Source of the DNA: Amoebophrya sp. A120
Lineage: Eukaryota > Protista > Dinoflagellata
Reading direction: 5' to 3'
DNA: 64,000 bases
NCBI GenBank assembly: GCA_905178155.1
Contig: CAJINV010000003.1
Location: forward strand, 8,043,237 to 8,107,236
How positions within the stretch are numbered: the first letter of the stretch is position 1; the number at the start of each line of letters is the position of its first letter. A program made the translations under genes and the position numbers. Shown piece by piece: positions 52,591 to 62,199 of this stretch. The notes under the pieces were generated by a model that searched no databases, was not told the DNA's origin, and was given only the letters and a program-made list of their open reading frames with translations.

Positions 52591-53459
52591 ATGGTCGAAA
52601 CGTACGCGAACGCAGTGGCCGCGCTCGGGGTTGACCTCGTAGAACGCGTGAAGATGGAGTTTCGGAGCCGGGACCGACTGCAAGCCGGCGTGTTGAGCCT
52701 CGTGGAGTGCGCGTACATCTTGCGCAGCCAGGGCTTCTGCCCCACGGAGCCGCAGTTGCAGCAACTCTCTGCGTTGGGGATTCCTGCTTCGACGGCTTCG
52801 CCTTCGCGGGACCCAGCAACCGCGCGCGGCGCGACTGGGTCTCTCAAAGTGGTGGAACAGAACGAAGTCACGGAGATTTCGCTGAAGACACTGCTGGCTG
52901 GCGCGTGCAAGATTGGGCGCCCAGAGCCCCGTCGCGCGGAGCTCTACGCTTTTTTTCAGCCGTATGACGCGCAAGACACTGGCTTTGTCCCAATCCCAGT
53001 CTTTCGAAACTTGCTGGAGAATGTATCAAAATGAAAAATGCCCCCACCCCCGAACTTGGGAGCATTTGTATTGCAAACCTTTCCAAATGAAACATTCGCC
53101 CTCTTGCATCTATCAGCATCACAGGTTTCCAATCGTGAATGGCAAAGATTTGTATTGCAAAAGACCCCAGCAAGAGCGGCGCTTGTCATGCAAGCGATGC
53201 GATATACGCCTAGATTCTGCAGCAGAAAGATTTGCACTCCTTTCATGCATGACAAAAAGTTTTCATTTGGAAACTTCGCATCACAAATTTTTCCAATTTT
53301 AGGGGTGGGGGGCATTTTTCACTGTAATAGAATGTGGGGGACTGCTTGCCTCCGGAAGAGGTGCAGGAAATTCTGACAGAGCTGACTCTGTCAAACAACA
53401 CCATGGAAAATACGGTAGATTACAAGAGCTTTATCGACCTCATCACACAAGATCTATGA
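52591..53459 (+). CDS. Calmodulin-like/myosin light-chain-like EF-hand protein; intron 53023-53330
   Basis: ILRSQGFCPTE, ELYAFFQPYDAQDTGFV..FRNLLEN|NVGDCLPPEEVQEIL...TVDYKSFIDLI*. Confidence 0.85.
53024..53329. mobile_element. Introner/MITE forming the EF-hand gene intron
   Basis: About 70-bp imperfect TIR with core TGAAAAATGCCCCCACCCC; exact 5-bp TSD GAATG/GAATG. Confidence 0.9.
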
Positions 53460-54090
53460 GGAAAATAGTCATCCGTGCTGGATGTAGTCGTAGATTACCC
53501 AAAAGGTGGTGCCGCGTGGACGTGCTTTGTGTTGTTCAGTGTGCTAATACTCGGCGAATGGCCCAGCACACAGGATCGCTGCAGAAGGTCTGCACCGTGC
53601 AAAGTGTTTCGTGCTGCGGGAAAAGTTTGTGCGTTTCAGTCTGCTCTGTTGGACACTTCCTATTGCACGTGTGGAGAGGTAGTCTGCAAGTAGATGGAGA
53701 AGGAGCCTCTGCTGCGCAGTTGTTTCCATACGTTTTTTGTTTTCACTCGCAGAACATTCTTGGACAATAGTTTTTCTTGGCTCTACTATGGTTGTAGTGT
53801 ACTACTGACAGTGACAGACTCGTCTTTCTAGGCTCCATGATCTCGTCTCTTCCTTTGTTTGCCCGTGGCTCCCGTCTCCGTAGTTGCGCAATTTTTTAGG
53901 GATTGCGCCGAGAAAAAGTCAGTGTGTACATACAACTTGGACGTCGCACCACAGATTTTTCTTTTCCTCTTCAAGTTTTGATCGAGCTCGTCTACGGAGT
54001 TCCCCTTTACCGCCCAGAGCGTTGGCAGTGCGCCGTTTACCACATCGCGAAACGGCCACGACAGTCCTCGTACTTACCGGGGGGTTCAGC

Positions 54091-56031
54091 ATGGGAAATA
54101 ATCTCCCAAAGTATGCGCAGTCTTACGTGACCGAGCAAGTAAGCGATCAATTTGGGCTTCCTTTCAACCCTTGGGATGGCAGAGGATCCTTCTTCGGCAA
54201 GGCTGGTGCCATACATTTTTTGAATCAACAAAGCATGCAGGAAGGATGAAACAGAGAAGTGTAATGTTAGTTCTATGGACGTCAAGAACTTTGCTGGAGC
54301 TGGTTCGGTTTGGCACATTTTTCCGAGGGTGATCTTGCCTCGACATGAAAGCGATGCATGACCACTACAGGCGGCTCACCACCCCCGGACCAGGCGCGAC
54401 CTTCCAGCAAAGAGATGGGCGAGACTGGAAGCTTTCCGAGTAAACCAAAATCAGAAGATTGGTCGTGCTATGGTAGGGACCGAGGATGCTGGAAGCGTAC
54501 TTACTACTTTATTTTCGCGTTCACAAATCAACACATAGTGATAGTAGTACACGGCAGACCATTTGGTGCGTTGGTTTCACTTGTGTTTGTCTTGAATGGA
54601 CGAGATCGTCAACATGACTTGCAAAATCTGCTCAGGTGCATGTACGGGGCCGGTCTCTTACTTTGGGGATCCGACCTTCATGATGTCTGTCGGCTTGTGG
54701 ACGCTTCGTTTTGGGTTTCCCCTCCTGGGGTGGTTTTTTTTCGTCGCCATCGGAAAGTTTGCCGCCGGTTTCGGGAGCGCATTCCTGTTTTTCTACCTGA
54801 TTTCGAGAATAGACTTTACACACGGTCCTGCGAAGCACGTGCCGCAGGGGGAGGAAGCGGCTGAATTCCGTTGCCCGGACTGGCTATCCACACATCGAAT
54901 AAACTTCGCTGTGGCCGGTGCCGGGGGAGTAGGTATGGCGAGACTTTTCTTTTCGTCAAAATCAAAATGTCATCGCATCAAGCGCAATTCGATTGATATA
55001 CGATAGTTTGCACAAATTTCGACGTGTATTTTTCAACTCAGTAGGAGGTAGCAGGCATCGGATACTTGTATCATTGCCCAGGAAAATCGACGCTCATCAA
55101 CACGTTGCGAGGGCTGAAGGCAAAGGATCCGCTCGCGGCCAAAGTCGGTGCAAAAGAAACCACCATGGAGCCCATGTATAATTTTTTGGACCTGGATAAC
55201 CACCATTATGTGCTAATAGTAAAATCTCAAAGCCAATCACTATTAACGAAGCTCCTGCTGCCTTGATAAGGTGAGTTCAGACCCCTTTGCGTTAGCGACG
55301 AGCGAGGTATTTTTTTGTCACAGCCTCTGCACCCAGCTTCTACTTCTAGCAATCTTTCCGTTGTACGGGCATCTAATTGTCTCGCACTTTCGTTGAAAAA
55401 AATGAAATATTCTTCTAGGGACTACCGCTTTCCAGCGCAGCAGAAGCCGTTTTCCAGTCTGACAAATTTGGACAAGGTCTCCCTGTGGGACCTGCCCGGT
55501 GTTGGTACTGAGGCCTTCCCTGCGAGCACCTACGTGAAGCAAATGGGTCTAAGATACTTCGACGGCGTGCTGATTGTCACTGCTATCCCACAGAAAAAAG
55601 CTCTTTGTCATGGGCCAGCCCACAGCGTGCTGCTTCAGGTTGTGGAAGTACGGAAGCAGGGAGCATTTCTTTGACTTTGTCTATGTCTGCGGCTTTTGCA
55701 TTAGCGTTACAGCAGAGAGTATCTCTCTGGGATAACAGCGGAACGGTTCACACAAAATGACATCATGCTGATGAACGCCTTGTCGGACTTTGACGTGCCG
55801 TTCTACATGGTACGGAACAAGACCGATCAAGCTTTGGAAATGGAGTACGCCGAGTACGGCAGGAGCACCGAATCCGTGCTAACTGAGCTGCGAACCTACT
55901 ACAAGGAACAAAACGTGAGCCAGCGTCTGTACTTTCTTTCCGCCGCGAAGCTGGAACAGAAGCGTCTCGACTTCGACGACCTTCTCTTTCAAATCGCGTC
56001 CGACCTCAGCTCACACAGGAAGTTGCTGTGA
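54091..56031 (+). CDS. IRG/IIGP (interferon-inducible GTPase-like) P-loop GTPase with an N-terminal MG motif; introns 54139-54393, 54473-54635, 54933-55081, 55176-55418 and about 55583-55738
   Basis: INFAVAGAGGVGKSTLINTLRGL, AAKVGAKETTMEP, LWDLPGVGT..FP..Y, FD..LIVTAERFTQNDI and FYMVRNKTD. Confidence 0.85.
55584..55734. mobile_element. Introner/MITE forming a probably non-canonical intron in the GTPase
   Basis: Ends TATCCCACAGAAAAAAGCTCT and (rc) TATCCCAGAGAGATACTCTCT; TSD ACTGC/ACAGC. Confidence 0.85.
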
Positions 56032-57169
56032 GCAAGGAAGAACAGGTCGACATGGAGATTTTCTGTGTCCTGGCACCAGCCTCGACCAGAAAGTACGTAG
56101 TACATGCGACGTCGGAAATTATTTCGCATTGAGTTTGAGTTCTTGTTCCGTCGTCGCACTCCGTTGCTGTATTTTCTGTTATTGTGCTTTTTGGGAACCG
56201 AAAAGCAAGAAGAAGGCGGCATTTTTTTTTTATTTGACTCAATGGAATACAGACTGGATATGAACTTGCAAATTGAAATACTCTATCAAAGGCGCTCTCT
56301 CTCATGACAACCTGAATTACTCTTCTTTCTGAAAGGCTTGAGTATGATATCAATCTCAAATAAGTTCTTGACCTGCTTAGAATATCTTTCAAAGAAATGC
56401 GTAAAATCTGGTGAAGGAAGATCTTCTGCCTCCTAGTCCTATCGAAGAATTGATGATACGGCGTGTACTTTGTCGCTGTGGAATTTATTTTCTGTCATGC
56501 TAGAAGATGTTATGCCCGCTCCTCTGTTTAGGTTTTTGCATTTTGGAACTTGATTTGTAGGACGCTTGCCAGCAGAACTGTTGTTTGCTTTTTCAGGCGG
56601 AATGCTGATCAATCAATCCCCTGACGTGATGCTAGCGTGTAACTCTCAATGTGATTTCGAGACGAGAACTAACTTGCGCTTGGCTTGTACTTGTTTTTTG
56701 GTCTTCTTTCTGCATATGCATGAATGGGACGAAGAAGAAGAACCGATACCGATTACTTTCACTGTCGCTCGGCTTTTTGCGGAGGATCAAAATGCTATAG
56801 ACTGGCCGCTGCCACCAAAATAAATCGATGTAGAAGTAATCGGTGACATGTTCTTGCGTGTTGAGTTCTCCTATCGTTTCCATCGTACTACTTTCATTTT
56901 AGGCGAACATCGCATCTGCTTCTTCGTTCTCTTTTCGTTGTACTTCGTCGATCCATTTCCGGACCGATACCGCAAGGGGAGGCCGGCGTCCACAGACGAC
57001 TAGGGAGACTTGCAGCAAGGCTCGGGATTCGCGCCGCTCTGAAAGAGGGTTTTTTTGTTGTATCAGCTATTTTTGCAGCTGCAGCAACATACGTATCTGT
57101 GCTCGATCACACTCACACATCGACCGCAGTTTGATCCGCTTTTTGAAAATTGCAGTCATTGCTTCGATC

Positions 57170-58546
57170 ATGTCTCGCTCTACTACCCCCCTAACTCTGT
57201 CCGCCATCGTTGCGCGAGGCGGGACCTCGAAAGGTTTGTTTTTTGAGGGAAGTGCCTTGTGCCGGGAGCTCAGGTTTCCTGCTGGCTGCACTGTTTCCCA
57301 GTTATTTGATGAGAAGAAGAAGTCTGAGACTGAGAGCCATATTTCGCTCTCGGAAAAAGCGACACTCCGACAGAAGCTGACCCGCTCACTGCTGCGCGTT
57401 GTGCTCAATAAAGAGGGCCTGCCGGATCCGTCAGGCGCTCAAATAGACGGAATGGGAGGAGCGACCAGCTCTACCAGCAAGGTGGTCATTTTAGAGAAAC
57501 GTGCGTCTCCTGCCGCTTCCAATAGGAGCGGTGATGTGGAAAAAGTTGTCATCAATTACATTTTCGGCCAAGTTGCCACGAAGACGCCGGAGATAGACTG
57601 GAGCACTGCCTGCGGCAATTTGGCCAGTGCAGTGGGGGTCGTCGCCGAATTCTTTGGTCTGGTGAAGAGTAGCAGTACAACTCCACCCACCTCTGAAGAA
57701 GAAAAGCACGGCCCGGCCGCGCCGAACCCCCTCTCAGTTTGGCAAGTGAATAAAGGATACCCGCTTGAAATTCAGCCGTTGCCACCGGACCACCCCATTG
57801 AGATTGCGGGTGTGCCAGGCTTCGCGCCCGGATGCGTCGTCAACTTCATACTTGGAAAAAAGCAGGAACCGTTGTTGCCATTAGGGGCAAGCACGGAAAT
57901 AGAGATTTCGACGAGAACTGAAGATTCTGCGGAGGATACAATTCAACCGCCTGGCATGAAGATGAGCGAACTTGCAGCTGCATCTGTCCGCTCTATTCCC
58001 GTTACCGTTGTAGACGGCGCCGTGATCTCCGTGTTCTGTGCCGCGCGCGATCTTGGACTGGAGTTACCTGGAGACTCAAATTTTGTCGCGGACCTGCAAG
58101 CGTACACTGCAGCGCAGACTGCGAGAGCAACGCTGCTTGTTGATCGCGTTCGCCGAGCGGTCGCGGAGAAGTGTGGCGTGGCAGACTGGGGCGCCAGCGC
58201 AGCTCGGGTAGTGTGGGTCGGGCGAAACGATGAAAGTGGACAACTCAGAGCCTGCGTTTCGGCGCCCGGAAGGCCGCGGCATCACGCATTCACCGGAACG
58301 GGCGCGGTCAACCTCGCAATCGCCGCGGCTATACCGGGAACGGTGGTCGCTGACGAACTGGGCGGAGGGGGTCACCACACAGCGAGCGGTGCCCAGCTGC
58401 GGTTCGTGCATCCCGCTGGCCCCATGGATGTCACCAGTAGTGTGCGATTCAATGACGCGCGTGACGCATGGGAAGCAGAGTCTGCCGGGCTCGTGCGCTC
58501 AGCGAGGGTGCTCATGAAGGGAGAAGTTTTCCTGGAAGGGGACTAG
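57170..58546 (+). CDS. prpF: PrpF family 2-methylaconitate cis-trans isomerase, intronless
   Basis: RGGTSKGLFF, QIDGMGGATSSTSKV, YIFGQV, CGNLASAVG, HHAFTGTGAV, HPAG and RSARVLMKG. Confidence 0.92.
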   Translation: MSRSTTPLTLSAIVARGGTSKGLFFEGSALCRELRFPAGCTVSQLFDEKKKSETESHISLSEKATLRQKLTRSLLRVVLNKEGLPDPSGAQIDGMGGATSSTSKVVILEKRASPAASNRSGDVEKVVINYIFGQVATKTPEIDWSTACGNLASAVGVVAEFFGLVKSSSTTPPTSEEEKHGPAAPNPLSVWQVNKGYPLEIQPLPPDHPIEIAGVPGFAPGCVVNFILGKKQEPLLPLGASTEIEISTRTEDSAEDTIQPPGMKMSELAAASVRSIPVTVVDGAVISVFCAARDLGLELPGDSNFVADLQAYTAAQTARATLLVDRVRRAVAEKCGVADWGASAARVVWVGRNDESGQLRACVSAPGRPRHHAFTGTGAVNLAIAAAIPGTVVADELGGGGHHTASGAQLRFVHPAGPMDVTSSVRFNDARDAWEAESAGLVRSARVLMKGEVFLEGD

Positions 58547-58896
58547 GTGGCAGAGTAGAGGGCTAGAGCAGATTTTCATCGTTGGAAGCAGGGGTGTCAA
58601 GGCCGCAACAGATGTTTACCGCGTTGCACTAGCCGCTGAATAGAATGGCAAGATTATGCAACGAGGATTTTATCGGGGCATGGCGCTTCGAGCGGGCCAA
58701 CCATTTTGGGTGCTTGTGCCTTCTGTTCCAGTGGTTGAGTGAGTCGTACTCGGTATGATCAGCACGAAAGAATAAAGCGTGATGACTGGTGGCAAATAGT
58801 GCTTCGAGTACTTACACAGATCATGCTTGTCGTCATTTCTCGTGCCGTTTACCGTAGGCTCCTTAAGGCTGTTTGGATTCTGTTGGGCTACACAGA

Positions 58897-60825
58897 ATGG
58901 CTTCGCCGTGGTTCGTTTTGATTCCTTCACGAAAAAGCATGCTGCCGCTGAGGTTCTGCTCACCAGCATCATCTGGGTGTCGAACCATGTTGCTTACGAT
59001 GGTTGTATTGTGGAATCATGGGATTCGAGAGCGAGCGGCCCTAGTACAGGTTCTACACGAATCTGACGATCGTGGAAGCCGAGCAGGATCTGCCCTGGAC
59101 GGGGTGCTAGCACGTCGGTGGCAGGAGGTGTGCGCGGAAATGCCCAGTGGTAACTGTGTGACTGATTTTCACGAGGATAACGTGCGTCGGGTATGCGATC
59201 CGGGTCAGCACGGGAACGAGAGTCCTACTGATGTCACCAGTGAGGAAACTACTCTTAGGGTCAGTTACGGAAATGATACGGCCGCCAGCCCCAACCACTT
59301 TTTGCAGTACTCGCCGCAACGCGGCAAGAAGCGCATCCTTGGAAAGCCAGTGACCTCGATTTTTTCCAGTAGTCGCCCGTGGGACTTTACGAAAATTCGG
59401 AATCTGAGTGCGGAGCTCCTGCTTGAGCTACCTTGGCGGAACAGGACGACCGGAAAAAAAGGATCGGCCTCCGCAAACCCGGTGCGAGTCCTGCGGAATC
59501 TGCATCCGGTCTGCCACTTGCATTCGGTGTTGCTTCCTCCCGGCACGCGCTTTCAAATCTTGGATGCGGACTCTTGGTTGGTCGGCTGCTTCTTCGCTTT
59601 CCGTTCACAGAAGCTGCGGCTCTACTTCAACTCTCTCGGAGCTGGGGCAAGCGTAAACCATATGCACTTTCAGGTCTGGGCGCCGCCGGCGCTCGTTCCG
59701 ATCGACGAGCTGCCGCGGAAAATTCTGACGAAGAATCTCGCCCCGATCGACTACCTCACCGGAGACGCGGAGAGTCCGCAGCGCCGCCGCGCGTCCGTCT
59801 CGGTTGCGCTGATGCAGAACTGGGCGCTCTCTTCCATTCTGGAATTTACCGTCGTGAGTGAGGACGATGTGTTGAACGCAGCTGCAGACGACGGACTCCG
59901 TGCAGCAGCTCTAAAGGACGCGCCAAGCGAAGATTCACAGAAAGCGAACGATTTGCATTGTGAACAACCTGCTCAAGTAGCCGCGTCTGTTGATTTCTTC
60001 ACAGCAGAGAATTTCTGGGCGATACGACGTGCCTGCGCCACTTCTCCGCTCCTTGAGAATAGCGATGGCAATGCCAGCAGGTCTTTTTCGATTTCTGAAC
60101 CTGATTCTCAGCGGCAGCTCGACGAGGCGTTTGCCAACCCCTCGCTACCTGTTCCGCAAATGCTGCTGATGCGTGTTACGCTGGATTTCGTGCAGCTGTT
60201 GCTGCGAGAGGACATTCCGCACAACATTTTTCTTTATCCGGGTCTGGAGAAGATCGTTGTGGCAGTGCGGGACTTTGACAACCGGCAGGCTGAGAATGCG
60301 ACCGCGACGCAGGTGGCCTCGCTGGAGACATTCGGGTGGTGGATTTTGCCAGATCAGGAGCAATTTCGCAACTACAACAAGCGAGACTTGGATGCCCTCC
60401 TGGAATCCGTCGCGCTGCAAAACCAGACTCTGACGCTTGTACAAGACCTGGCAAAGATCGTAGGCGCCGCGCTGAAGGACGAGGACCACCTCCTTCGGAA
60501 AGCAGGAGTGAATCGTTCCTCGTCTGCGTTTCAGAATGAAAATTTTTCGCATGTTTGCGACGATTCGAATTGTTCCAATACTTGCAACGCGCAAGCGGCT
60601 GCTGGAGGTAGCGTGTCGCACCTTGCGGAGAGTCCTGGAAATAAAGAGGAAAACCAGCCGACACACTATAAAAATCACGCCTCTAGAGATGACCTATACG
60701 GTGGCTATACAAAACGTGAAAGCGGCTCAGTGCCTGCGATTTTGAAGCGAGGAGAAAACATTTATGTTCTTGTTTTTCGTTTGTACAACGACGATCGATG
60801 CTTGTTGAGAGGAGATGTGTGCTGA
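58897..60825 (+). CDS. GDP-D-glucose/GDP-L-galactose phosphorylase family (GDPGP1/VTC2-like HIT protein)
   Basis: WDFTKI, LRLYFNSLGAGASVNHMHFQ (HxHxQ) and IPHNIF. Confidence 0.85.
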   Translation: MASPWFVLIPSRKSMLPLRFCSPASSGCRTMLLTMVVLWNHGIRERAALVQVLHESDDRGSRAGSALDGVLARRWQEVCAEMPSGNCVTDFHEDNVRRVCDPGQHGNESPTDVTSEETTLRVSYGNDTAASPNHFLQYSPQRGKKRILGKPVTSIFSSSRPWDFTKIRNLSAELLLELPWRNRTTGKKGSASANPVRVLRNLHPVCHLHSVLLPPGTRFQILDADSWLVGCFFAFRSQKLRLYFNSLGAGASVNHMHFQVWAPPALVPIDELPRKILTKNLAPIDYLTGDAESPQRRRASVSVALMQNWALSSILEFTVVSEDDVLNAAADDGLRAAALKDAPSEDSQKANDLHCEQPAQVAASVDFFTAENFWAIRRACATSPLLENSDGNASRSFSISEPDSQRQLDEAFANPSLPVPQMLLMRVTLDFVQLLLREDIPHNIFLYPGLEKIVVAVRDFDNRQAENATATQVASLETFGWWILPDQEQFRNYNKRDLDALLESVALQNQTLTLVQDLAKIVGAALKDEDHLLRKAGVNRSSSAFQNENFSHVCDDSNCSNTCNAQAAAGGSVSHLAESPGNKEENQPTHYKNHASRDDLYGGYTKRESGSVPAILKRGENIYVLVFRLYNDDRCLLRGDVC

Positions 60826-61187
60826 TTTCTTGACAAAAACACTCGCCCCAATTTCTCGACAAAAACGGTCTACTACTCGGTTGCCTCGTCTCTTGCCTCG
60901 ATAGCTCAAACTTCCCTACCTTTCTGATATTGAAAGCGTTGGATGTTGAGGATACATGGTTTCTCTGAATTGTTTCGCAGAAGCTCGTAAAAGTCGCCGA
61001 CGATGGAGCCTCGCCGCTGAGAGCCAATCGAGGCGTAATGCCACACCATGGAATCACAATCATGAAAAGGGAAAGAATCAAACACTAGAAAGAGATTTAC
61101 TAGTAGTCCGTGCAGCCTTTGGTACTTACTAGAACGAGTTTGACATAAAGTGAATTACAGCGCAAAAGGGACACCCGACGACGAATC

Positions 61188-61859
61188 ATGTCCATTTGGG
61201 GATCCTCGACAGGTCGCCCGCCCGGGGGCGACAAGAGAGCGGAACGCCGGGATCGCATGAAAAAGGAGAGGGATGACCTCAAGGTCCTGGCCGAGGACCA
61301 CAAAGCCATGATTGCCTCGGCGGATGCGGAAGCGGCCGCCCTCAACACGAAGCTGAACGAGGGTCAGCGAGTGGCGTTCAACGAGTTTCAAGCGAAGCTG
61401 CAGCAGGGAGAGGACGGGTACGCGGAGTTTGTCGGCCGCAGCGCGGAGCAGTATAACGCGGAAAGCGGACAGTGCCGCGCCCTCGACGCAGAGCTTACCA
61501 CGAACCGGGGCGAGACGAAGGAGAAAAACGCGCGCAACTGCGACGTGATCAGCGAACTGGACACGCTTGCCGACAAGCGCGAAGCCGCCGGTGAAGCGGC
61601 ACGCGCGGCCAGCGCAGAGGCGACGCGCAAAGCGGCGGACTTCAACGCCGACGCGGAGTTGCGCCGGGTGCGCGAGCTCGGGGAAAACGAGCGGGAGGAA
61701 GCCTATCAAGCGTACGTGGACCTCCGCCGGGAGCGCGACGCGTTGGACCTATTACGCCGTGACACGCACGATATTCGCAATCACGTGCAAGTCATCTATG
61801 TTGGGGACTCCGGTACAACAACTCCATCGACTACGTGTTTTACCGATTCACAAGCATAG
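61188..61859 (+). CDS. Coiled-coil hypothetical protein (3' end uncertain)
   Basis: 223-aa E/A/R-rich ORF with GC-rich third positions. Confidence 0.6.
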   Translation: MSIWGSSTGRPPGGDKRAERRDRMKKERDDLKVLAEDHKAMIASADAEAAALNTKLNEGQRVAFNEFQAKLQQGEDGYAEFVGRSAEQYNAESGQCRALDAELTTNRGETKEKNARNCDVISELDTLADKREAAGEAARAASAEATRKAADFNADAELRRVRELGENEREEAYQAYVDLRRERDALDLLRRDTHDIRNHVQVIYVGDSGTTTPSTTCFTDSQA

Positions 61860-62199
61860 AAAACTGCATCGTGACTTCTTTAATTACTAGCCTCCAGAAG
61901 CTCCGCCTGTACGTGGTTGACATGTAAAACAAGTATCCGCTAGATAGAAGATGAGAAAAAAAATAAATAGAAGCGCGAAGATGACAGGACGACCCGCGCG
62001 AATCTTATTGGGATACGATCCCCCCCCAAAAAAAAAAAGTGCGAAGGATGACAGGGAAACCCGCCCGCAGCTCGCCACTGCTACTCCTCTTCTGTTGAAG
62101 AAAGCGCAGCGGCCCGCGAGAGGAGTGGGGCTCGCTGGGTGGCGGACTTTCAGCGCCCCGCGACATCGGCCCGCTTGGCTATGGCCTCGCGCCACCCGG

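Noticed and set aside
52956-53376. Mirror ORFs MPPPPNLG.../MPPTPKIG... on opposite strands
   Set aside because: A consequence of the introner's long inverted repeat; not genes.
54689-54811. Transmembrane segment in the GTPase
   Set aside because: The T-rich stretch may instead be an in-frame intron; this cannot be decided without transcripts.
2227-60678. Numerous antisense and alternate-frame ORFs overlapping the main genes
   Set aside because: Shadow ORFs of GC-rich coding sequence with no recognisable motifs.
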